This document shows, piece by piece, positions 1 through 7,044 of a stretch of 35,928 bases of DNA (its first letter is position 1; the number at the start of each line of letters is the position of its first letter). Both the position numbers and the translations under genes were made by a program. The DNA comes from Candidatus Poseidoniaceae archaeon (GTDB lineage Archaea; Thermoplasmatota; Poseidoniia; Poseidoniales; Poseidoniaceae). Location: assembly GCA_965662895.1 (NCBI GenBank), contig CBFIJH010000015.1, forward strand, positions 1 through 35,928. Direction: 5' to 3'. Under the pieces are notes generated by a model. It was not told the DNA's origin and ran no database searches. It was given only the letters and a program-made list of their open reading frames with translations.

Positions 1-8
1 TTGCCCTT

Positions 9-85
9 GCGCGGGTGGCTTAGTCGGTTAGAGCACCCGGCTGATAACCGGGAGGTCGCAGGTTCAAGTCCTGCCTCGCGCACCA
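9..85 (+). tRNA. tRNA-Ile(GAT), CCA encoded, no intron
   Basis: Acceptor GCGCGGG(9-15)/CTCGCGC(75-81)+A+CCA; anticodon arm CCCGG-CT-GAT-AA-CCGGG (GAT at 43-45); T arm GCAGG-TTCAAGT-CCTGC. Confidence 0.97.
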
Positions 86-162
86 AACCACGATCAACAA
101 GATGTCGAGAGACTCGCAAAGAACATGAACGGGCATCGCTCAGGACGGATTGAGGGAAGCCC

Positions 163-1095
163 ATGGTCGTCGTCTCCGGAAGCAATGCTCCACATGTTGC
201 AGAACAATTGGCTCGGGCTTTGGGATGGAATCATGTCAAACTCGAAGCTCGACGGTTTCCAGACTCTGAAGGATACATTCGAATTCCTGAAGATGAGATT
301 GAAGCAATACGATCTGAACCGGTTGTTGTTGTTTCGAACACCTTCCCAGATGCGGGTATTGTCGAAACCATGTTGATTTTGAAAGCAGTTTCTGATGTTC
401 GTCGGGGATCTCTCGAAAACCTCCGTGGAATAGAACCGCAAAAAATGGAAGATATTGGTCCCGGAGTCTACCTTGCGGCACCATATTTTGGATATTCTCG
501 CCAAGACAAACGATTCAATCCTGGTGAAGTCATTTCTGCACGGGCAATTGCAGATCTGCTTGCTACACAGTGCGATGGGCTTGCAGTGCTCGATTTGCAT
601 GCTCCTCAAGTGCTCGAAACTCTCTCCGTTCCAGTAGCATTTACAACAGCAATGCCTGAACTTGCAACCCATCTAAAGAACGAAGTCAATCCTGATTTCA
701 TCCTTTCACCTGACAAAGGGGCCATTGATCGGGCAAGCCAGGTTGCGAACCTTATCGATTGTGAATTTTCGTATCTAGAGAAAACCCGGATTGATGCACA
801 CACGATTGTTCACAAAGCAAAAGATCTTGATGTGCAAGGGAAAATTGTCGCAATTGTTGACGACATGATTGCAACCGGTGGCACCATTTGTCGTGCTGCC
901 GAAGCTTTGCGCTCCCAAGGTGCTGTTGAAGTTCATGCTGCATGCTCGCACGGACTTTTCACCGGTGGAGCCATTCGAAGATTGAACCAATATGTCGATG
1001 GTGTTCACGCTACTGGAAGCCTATCCAACCCTCGTTCGGTCATTGATGCAGGGCTGGCATTGGCTCGAGGAATTGAGCAACTTCTAGGGAATTAA
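163..1095 (+). CDS. prs: Ribose-phosphate pyrophosphokinase (archaeal type)
   Basis: RRFPDSEGYIRI, PYFGYSRQDKRF, LDLH, SPDKGA, LEKTR, IVDDMIATGGT (PRPP-binding loop), CSHGLF. Confidence 0.96.
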   Translation: MVVVSGSNAPHVAEQLARALGWNHVKLEARRFPDSEGYIRIPEDEIEAIRSEPVVVVSNTFPDAGIVETMLILKAVSDVRRGSLENLRGIEPQKMEDIGPGVYLAAPYFGYSRQDKRFNPGEVISARAIADLLATQCDGLAVLDLHAPQVLETLSVPVAFTTAMPELATHLKNEVNPDFILSPDKGAIDRASQVANLIDCEFSYLEKTRIDAHTIVHKAKDLDVQGKIVAIVDDMIATGGTICRAAEALRSQGAVEVHAACSHGLFTGGAIRRLNQYVDGVHATGSLSNPRSVIDAGLALARGIEQLLGN

Positions 1096-1127
1096 GCATA
1101 TTTGTCTATAAAATGTCCGTGCACTGC

Positions 1128-1136
1128 TTTTATAAG
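1128..1136 (+). promoter_or_regulatory. TATA box of the rpl7ae operon (TTTTATAAG)
   Basis: Canonical archaeal TATA about 50 nt upstream of the SD-led ATG at 1179. Confidence 0.65.
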
Positions 1137-1161
1137 TTGGAGTGTGGGCGGAACGAATACC

Positions 1162-1186
1162 ACACGAGGATGATTCCAATGAGTGT
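1162..1186 (+). promoter_or_regulatory. Putative kink-turn/K-loop in the rpl7ae leader covering SD and start codon
   Basis: ACAC-GAG-GA-TGA-TTCCA-ATGA-GTGT: 4-bp C stem, 3-nt bulge, tandem G.A/A.G, U.U; box C-like AGGAUGA and box D-like AUGA. Confidence 0.6.
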
Positions 1187-1550
1187 ACACGTACGATTTG
1201 AAACCCCAAGCGACCTTGCCGACAATATTTACGAGCTCATCCGAGCGAACCAAGGCGGGCGAATAAAGAAAGGAAGCAACGAAGTTACCAAGTCCGCAGA
1301 ACGCGGAACTGCACAGTTCGTTATCCTAGCCGAAGACGTCAACCCTCCAGAACTTCTGGCGCACATACCACTGATCTGCGAAGAAAAGGGCATCCCCTAT
1401 GGATACGTCCCAAGCCAAGAATTCCTTGCCAAAGAAACAGGACTCCCAACAGGTGTCAAAACCGCTTCGATTGCGATGATGGAAATTTCCAAAGCAAACA
1501 CAGAAGCGTTCAACAATATCCTTGAAGCCATCAACGGCATCAAAAACTGA
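1179..1550 (+). CDS. rpl7ae: 50S ribosomal protein L7Ae (eL8); start moved from 1113 to 1179
   Basis: IKKGSNEVTKSAERG, LAEDVNPPELLAHIPLICEEKGIPY; SD-like GAGGATGA upstream of ATG 1179. Confidence 0.96.
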   Translation: MSVHVRFETPSDLADNIYELIRANQGGRIKKGSNEVTKSAERGTAQFVILAEDVNPPELLAHIPLICEEKGIPYGYVPSQEFLAKETGLPTGVKTASIAMMEISKANTEAFNNILEAINGIKN

Positions 1551-1564
1551 ACAGGTGATGCAAG

Positions 1565-1792
1565 ATGAGTGACGAAACAGTAAGTGGCTGGCCTGCCGAA
1601 GTTGTTGAGATCGTCGGTCGAACCGGAATGACTGGTGAAGCAACACAAGTCAAGGTTCGAGTCAATGATGCTCCAAACCCACGAGACGTTGGTCGAATTA
1701 TCTCTCGCAACGTTGTCGGCCCTGTCCGAATGGGTGACATTCTCATGCTCAAAGACACGGGTCGTGAAGCCCGTAAGCTCAATGCACGGTGA
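1565..1792 (+). CDS. rps28e: 30S ribosomal protein S28e
   Basis: [50 protein letters not shown]; SD AGGTGAT; conserved gene order. Confidence 0.96.
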   Translation: MSDETVSGWPAEVVEIVGRTGMTGEATQVKVRVNDAPNPRDVGRIISRNVVGPVRMGDILMLKDTGREARKLNAR

Positions 1793-1797
1793 TTCTC

Positions 1798-1989
1798 ATG
1801 CCAGAACGAAGAGTTTGTTCATTCTCCGGAGAGGAAATCGAGCCAGGTACTGGAACCATGTTCGTCCGTAAGGATGGAAGCATTCTATGGTTCAAGAACA
1901 GCAAGGCTCGCAAGAACATGGTCAAGTTGTCCCGAAATTCCCGAACGGTCAAGTGGACACGTCACTATGTTCGTGGCGGTATCCGCTGA
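1798..1989 (+). CDS. rpl24e: 50S ribosomal protein L24e (Zn-ligand-depleted form); likely start ATG 1798
   Basis: [29 protein letters not shown]...R..R.VKWT; SD GGTGAT overlapping the S28e stop. Confidence 0.94.
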   Translation: MPERRVCSFSGEEIEPGTGTMFVRKDGSILWFKNSKARKNMVKLSRNSRTVKWTRHYVRGGIR

Positions 1990-2043
1990 TTCAATTCGGT
2001 GAACTGATAAAGGGCCTCTTAGTGGCCAAGAATGGTGAAGAAG

Positions 2044-2490
2044 ATGGAAACAACCTACATTATGGTCAAGCCTGACGGAGTACAACGAGGACTCGTCGGA
2101 GAAATTATTGGACGATTTGAGCGAAAAGGACTCAAATTGGTCGGTCTCAAATCAATGGTGCCGAGCGAAGAAATCGCTCGACAACACTACGATGTTCACA
2201 AGGAGCGCCCATTTTTCCCTGGATTGATCAAGTTCGTTACCTCCGGCCCGGTTGTCTGCATGGCATGGGAAGGTCGAGATGCCATTTCCGTTGCTCGCAA
2301 ACTCATTGGTTCCACCAATGGACGTGAAGCAGAGCCAGGAACCATCCGTGGTGACTTTGGAATGGATATGGGCTTCAACATGATTCACGGTTCGGATGCT
2401 CCAGAAACAGCAGCCTTTGAACTCGGGCTCTGGTTCCCTGAAGGTCTCATGACTTGGGAAAACACCATGGGCGCTTGGGTCTACGAGTGA
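2044..2490 (+). CDS. ndk: Nucleoside diphosphate kinase (start 2044 preferred, 2032 possible)
   Basis: [36 protein letters not shown] (catalytic His). Confidence 0.97.
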   Translation: METTYIMVKPDGVQRGLVGEIIGRFERKGLKLVGLKSMVPSEEIARQHYDVHKERPFFPGLIKFVTSGPVVCMAWEGRDAISVARKLIGSTNGREAEPGTIRGDFGMDMGFNMIHGSDAPETAAFELGLWFPEGLMTWENTMGAWVYE

Positions 2491-2521
2491 GCATCTTTCT
2501 TCCTCCCTTGGAGGCAGTCGT

Positions 2522-4342
2522 ATGGACGAAACAGACGTGAACGAGGAAGAACCCGTCGTTCGCGGTGAGAACCGACAACCCATCGTTTCGGTCCTTGGTC
2601 ACGTTGATCATGGGAAAACCAGCGTTCTTGATCTGGTGCGTTCGCTTGGAAGTGATCGACAAGCGAGCGTCATGGACCGTGAGGCTGGTGGCATTACGCA
2701 ACACATTGGGGCGACGGAGGTTCCTGCTCAAATTCTCAACGAAACCTGTGCAAAACTGATGGGTGGACGCCCGTTCAAATCACCTGGTCTTCTTTTTATC
2801 GATACACCCGGTCACCACTCCTTCGCATCACTGCGAAACCGTGGCGGTGCTCTTGCAGACATTGCCATTCTCGTGGTTGACATTATGGAAGGTTTGCAAC
2901 CGCAAACCATTGAATCGATCAACATCCTGAAGCAGACCAAGACCCCGTTCGTTATCGCTGGAAACAAAATTGATCGTATCCATGGGTGGATTTGTGAACG
3001 TGATCGCTCCTTCATTGAATCTTTGCAAGAGCAACGAAAAGATGTCATCGATCTCTTTCAAGACCGGTACTGGAAGCTTTTGGGGCAGGTTTCTGAGCAT
3101 GGCATTAACTTGGAACGTTACGATCAAATCAAAGATTTCAGGAAATCGTTTCCACTTGTTCCAATGTCTGCAAAGGAAGGGGAAGGTCTGCAGGATCTCC
3201 TCACCGTTACGGTAGGATTGGCGGAACGCTTCCTCGAGGATCGTCTCACCGATACGCTTGGACCTGCAGAGGGAACCATTCTGGAAATGAAAGATGAGAT
3301 TGGTATGGGGAAAACCATCGATGTGATTCTTCACCGAGGTTCACTGCGCACAGGAGATAACATCACTGTGGTCAGTGCTGATGGTCCATTTGATGTCCGA
3401 ATTAAGGGGCTGAAAAAGGCTCGGGGGATGTCGGAAATGCGTGATGCTGGAGATCGCTGGGAATCCGTGGAAACAATTCACGCCGCTGCAGGTGTGAAAA
3501 TCATCGCACAAGGATTGGAAAAAGCACTTGCTGGAACCACCATTCGACTTGCCAGTGATGAAGCGCACGAGGAAGCGAAGAAAGAGACCCAAGTTTCCGT
3601 TGAATTGGATGAGGAAGGGGTCGTCATCAAAGCAGACACAATTGGTGGATTGGAAGCACTCGCTTTCGAACTTCAGAAAATCGAAGTTCCAATCCGTCGT
3701 GCGACCGTTGGTCCTGTCAACAAGCGTGACATCATGACAGCGGAATCAGCAAACAATCGATTGAACCAGATTATTCTCGGCTTCTCTGTTGAACCAAACA
3801 GCGAAGTGAAAGAACGTCTCAATCAAGGTGACGACGGGGTTCAGTGGATTGGTGGCGATATTATCTACCACATTATCGATCAATTCGAAGAATGGAAAGA
3901 GAAAACCAAGGAAGCCATGGATGCTGTAGCTCGTGAGAATCTGGTTTATCCTGGAAAACTTCTCTACCTCGAAAATCATACGTTCCGAAACAAAGGACCG
4001 GCCATCGTCGGTATGCGAGTTCTTGGGGGTCGTGTTCACCTTGGCCAACGTTTGATGAAACTGGATGGTACGCCCGTCGGCCAAGTCAAGAGTCTTCGCT
4101 CAAGGGCAAGTGAAGAACTGAAAGAAGCCAAACAAGGTGAAGAAGTTGCAGTCGCAGTGATGGGTCCAACCGTTGGACGTCACATCGAGGAGTTGGACGA
4201 ATTTTACGTTGATATTCCTGAATCGCATGTACCAAGACTTGCAAACGTCGAACTCACAGCATTGGAAAAAGAAATTCTTGAAGAGATTGTTCGCCTCCAT
4301 CGCAAGGACGACCATTTCTGGGGACGTCGTCATATCGGCTGA
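2522..4342 (+). CDS. infB: Translation initiation factor IF-2 / aIF5B
   Basis: RQPIVSVLGHVDHGKT, EAGGITQHIGATEVP, LFIDTPGH, NKID, SAK, KADTIGGLEAL; follows ndk as in other archaea; SD GGAGG. Confidence 0.97.
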   Translation: MDETDVNEEEPVVRGENRQPIVSVLGHVDHGKTSVLDLVRSLGSDRQASVMDREAGGITQHIGATEVPAQILNETCAKLMGGRPFKSPGLLFIDTPGHHSFASLRNRGGALADIAILVVDIMEGLQPQTIESINILKQTKTPFVIAGNKIDRIHGWICERDRSFIESLQEQRKDVIDLFQDRYWKLLGQVSEHGINLERYDQIKDFRKSFPLVPMSAKEGEGLQDLLTVTVGLAERFLEDRLTDTLGPAEGTILEMKDEIGMGKTIDVILHRGSLRTGDNITVVSADGPFDVRIKGLKKARGMSEMRDAGDRWESVETIHAAAGVKIIAQGLEKALAGTTIRLASDEAHEEAKKETQVSVELDEEGVVIKADTIGGLEALAFELQKIEVPIRRATVGPVNKRDIMTAESANNRLNQIILGFSVEPNSEVKERLNQGDDGVQWIGGDIIYHIIDQFEEWKEKTKEAMDAVARENLVYPGKLLYLENHTFRNKGPAIVGMRVLGGRVHLGQRLMKLDGTPVGQVKSLRSRASEELKEAKQGEEVAVAVMGPTVGRHIEELDEFYVDIPESHVPRLANVELTALEKEILEEIVRLHRKDDHFWGRRHIG

Positions 4343-4423
4343 TGTATGTTCGACGTATGAACGGCATACATTCAAGTATCATGTCATACCGATTGATGCT
4401 TGTTACTACAACGGTGAACGACC

Positions 4424-5425
4424 ATGGATGCAGGATTCTCACAAGGAAATATGGGCGGGGACGCTAGGACACAAGACTTGATTCGAACTGTTGCTGACAT
4501 CTCGAACGGATTGATGAACGAAGTTGGTAAGGTCATTATCGGAAAGAACGAGAACCTTCGACGCGTAACCGTTGGTATCCTCTCAAACGGGAACATGTTG
4601 TTGGAGGATTTTCCTGGACTTGCGAAGACGCTTCTTGCGAACACCTTCGCACGTGCCCTCGGATGTAAATTCAAGCGTGTTCAATTCACACCTGACTTGC
4701 TCCCTTCCGACATTATGGGGACCTACATGTACGACCAGAAGTCTGGAGAATTCAAACTCCGTGCTGGTCCATTGTTTTCAAACATCCTCCTTGCTGACGA
4801 GATCAACCGTGCGCCGCCAAAGACGCAGGCTGCGTTGCTTGAAGCGATGGAAGAAAAGCAGGTGACGATTGAAGGTATTACCCACAAACTGCCTGCTCCG
4901 TTCGTTGTATTGGCGACACAAAACCCAATCGAACAAGAAGGAACCTACCCGCTTCCTGAGGCGCAAATGGACCGTTTCCTCATGAAGATGAGCATGGGTT
5001 ACCCCGACCGTGCTGAAGAGAAGGCTATTCTTGCTCGTCGAAAACTTCGCGGAAAGGACCAACACGATGTTGAGCAAATCACATCTCCAAAGAAGGTCGT
5101 TGCTATGCAAAAGGCACTGGAAACCGTTCACGTTGACCCTGCGATTCTTGCCTACATTGTTGAAATCGTCCAGCGTACACGTGAAGACCATCGTGTTGTC
5201 AACGGCGCTTCGCCTCGTGCTTCGCAATCCCTGTTCAAGACAGGACGTGCGGCTGCTGCAATCGCTGGACGAAACTATGTTATTCCAGATGATATCAAAG
5301 GAATTGCATTGCAAATCATCAGCCATCGTATTGTCATGAAACCTGAAGCAAAGATTCGAGGTATCACCGGAATGCACATTGTTCGAAAGATTCTCTCGGA
5401 AGTACCAGTTCCTGTGATTTCGTGA
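4424..5425 (+). CDS. moxR: MoxR-family AAA+ ATPase
   Basis: LLEDFPGLAKT (Walker A), RVQFTPDLLPSD, LLADEINRAPPKTQAALLEAMEE, ATQNPIEQEGTYPLPEAQMDRF, GASPR. Confidence 0.95.
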   Translation: MDAGFSQGNMGGDARTQDLIRTVADISNGLMNEVGKVIIGKNENLRRVTVGILSNGNMLLEDFPGLAKTLLANTFARALGCKFKRVQFTPDLLPSDIMGTYMYDQKSGEFKLRAGPLFSNILLADEINRAPPKTQAALLEAMEEKQVTIEGITHKLPAPFVVLATQNPIEQEGTYPLPEAQMDRFLMKMSMGYPDRAEEKAILARRKLRGKDQHDVEQITSPKKVVAMQKALETVHVDPAILAYIVEIVQRTREDHRVVNGASPRASQSLFKTGRAAAAIAGRNYVIPDDIKGIALQIISHRIVMKPEAKIRGITGMHIVRKILSEVPVPVIS

Positions 5426-5495
5426 TGAATGCCAGTTGTTCCATACCGAAGTTCAAAACAGGTGACCCCTAAGGGTGCATACGAGGCGAAGTAAG

Positions 5496-6452
5496 ATGGC
5501 GATGAATCCCTACAAAATGGTCATCGTCGTTGCCAATCAGAAAGGTGGTTGTGCAAAGACAACAACGGCGGTCAATCTTGCTGCTGCCCTCGCAAAAGGT
5601 TCACGAAAACAAGGCGTTCCACCTGCGAAGGTCTTGCTCGTAGACCTCGATCCGCAAGGAAATTGTGCAACGTCTTTTGGTGTTGAAAAGAAGAACATCC
5701 GAAAAACTGCATACGATGTACTCGCCAATGATTCTGGTGAACCGCTTCCTTTGATGGAAGAATATCTCCTGACGCCTCGTGAGTTAAGTGATGCAATGCA
5801 GAAAGCCTTCATTCTACGTCAAGGAAAGAAAGCTCCGGCAAAATTGGAAATCAAGAACCTCTGGTTGCTTCCAAGTGATATTCACCTCTCTGGTGCTGAA
5901 ATTGAATTGTCGCACAAAATAGGACGTGAAACCCGATTACGGGAAGGTCTTGAACCCATCATCGATGAATTTGATTACATCATCATTGATACGCCTCCAT
6001 CGCTTGGTTTGCTTTCGATCAATGCAATGTGCGCTGCAAATTGGGTCATGGTTCCTGTCCAAGCTGAATATTATGCTTTGGAAGGATTTAGCATGTTGAT
6101 GAATTCAATCAAGATGATTCAGAAACGAATCAATCGGAATCTGAAAATCTTTGGCGTTGCGATGACGATGGTTGATGCACGATCGAAACTCAGCCGTCAC
6201 GTTTGTACTGAAGTGTCGAGGAAAATTCCAAACAAAGTCTTCAACACGACCATTCGACGTTTGGTTAAGGTCGCTGAGGCTCCGTGGAGTGGTGCGCCAA
6301 CGGTACTTCTCAACGAACCACGAGCAAGCGGAGCAGGCGCTGGATCGCTCGAATACTGGACCTTAGCGAAGGAATTCCACAATCGGGTTCAAGAAATGCG
6401 TCGTGAATTCGGCGTCAAAGAGCATCCAAAATTGCTTTCGAAACGACGCTAA
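5496..6452 (+). CDS. parA: ParA/Soj-family ATPase (start 5496 or 5502)
   Basis: Deviant Walker A NQKGGCAKTTTAVNLAAAL, LVDLDPQGN, FDYIIIDTPPSLG, PVQAEYYALEG, MVDAR, IRRLVKVAEAP. Confidence 0.93.
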   Translation: MAMNPYKMVIVVANQKGGCAKTTTAVNLAAALAKGSRKQGVPPAKVLLVDLDPQGNCATSFGVEKKNIRKTAYDVLANDSGEPLPLMEEYLLTPRELSDAMQKAFILRQGKKAPAKLEIKNLWLLPSDIHLSGAEIELSHKIGRETRLREGLEPIIDEFDYIIIDTPPSLGLLSINAMCAANWVMVPVQAEYYALEGFSMLMNSIKMIQKRINRNLKIFGVAMTMVDARSKLSRHVCTEVSRKIPNKVFNTTIRRLVKVAEAPWSGAPTVLLNEPRASGAGAGSLEYWTLAKEFHNRVQEMRREFGVKEHPKLLSKRR

Positions 6453-6496
6453 GGGTCTTCAAATCAATCCGCACGCCTTCCTTTCGCGCGGTTGGG

Positions 6497-6555
6497 TTAA
6501 GTAGGGAAGGGAATCATTCCTCTCCGGGATGCACAAATGACTGGAGAAGGAATGA
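6497..6555 (+). promoter_or_regulatory. Putative promoter (TTAAGTA) plus GGAATNA repeats/inverted repeats upstream of the RHH-like gene
   Basis: TATA-like 6497-6503; imperfect palindrome GGAAGGGAAT-C-ATTCCTCTCC (6505-6525); 6514-6527 complementary to 6541-6555. Confidence 0.5.
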
Positions 6556-6779
6556 CCTCGGTGAGTGTAAGTTACGAAGTACGACGACAATTGAATACCA
6601 TGCGCACGGTGAGCGGTCACAAAAGCGTGAATGCGCTTCTTGAAGATCTCATTCGAGCCCATAAAATGGCCCGAATGCGTGGGGAGCTCGACACATTGCA
6701 AGCACACATACAACGCGTTGCAGATGTCAATGTTGACCACCTTGTGAGCCGATTAAATATGGCTCCATTCGAGGTCTGA
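6552..6779 (+). CDS. Small ribbon-helix-helix-like (VapB/CopG-like) DNA-binding protein with helical C-terminus (start 6552 or 6537)
   Basis: MTSVSVS (alternating beta ribbon)-YEVRRQLNTMR (helix)-SGHKS-VNALLEDLI (helix); SD GGAG. Confidence 0.65.
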   Translation: MTSVSVSYEVRRQLNTMRTVSGHKSVNALLEDLIRAHKMARMRGELDTLQAHIQRVADVNVDHLVSRLNMAPFEV

Positions 6780-6789
6780 GGTGAACGAA

Positions 6790-7044
6790 ATGATGGCTTG
6801 GCGACCATCTGGCTACATGTTTACGACCAAACAACTCATTCGGGCAATGTTTGATGATTCGACCGATGAAGCAAAATTACTCATTGCTGCAACGGCTGGA
6901 GAAGTTGAATTGTTTGCTGAAAACAAATCATGGAATGCTGTTCTATGGCTGATCATGAACATTCTCAAAGAGGATGGAAGGCCCATCTATACGGGTAATG
7001 AACTCGGTGAACTTCGTTCCAGTTTACCGATTGTTTGGCGTTGA
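6790..7044 (+). CDS. Hypothetical ~84-aa protein resembling the N-terminal half of a PIN domain without catalytic residues
   Basis: SD GAGGTGA (6778-6784) overlaps the upstream stop; YMFTTKQLIRAMF..AKLLIAATAGEVELF..SWNAVLWLI parallels the PIN beta1-alpha1-alpha2-beta2-alpha3 pattern. Confidence 0.55.
   Translation: MMAWRPSGYMFTTKQLIRAMFDDSTDEAKLLIAATAGEVELFAENKSWNAVLWLIMNILKEDGRPIYTGNELGELRSSLPIVWR

Noticed and set aside
1113-1178. N-terminal extensions of L7Ae (from 1113) and of the P1B-ATPase (from 15926)
   Set aside because: They overlap TATA/SD signals of the downstream starts and do not resemble the families
1551-1572. Second K-turn at the rps28e start (GGTGATG...ATGA)
   Set aside because: No convincing C stem; explained by SD plus start codon
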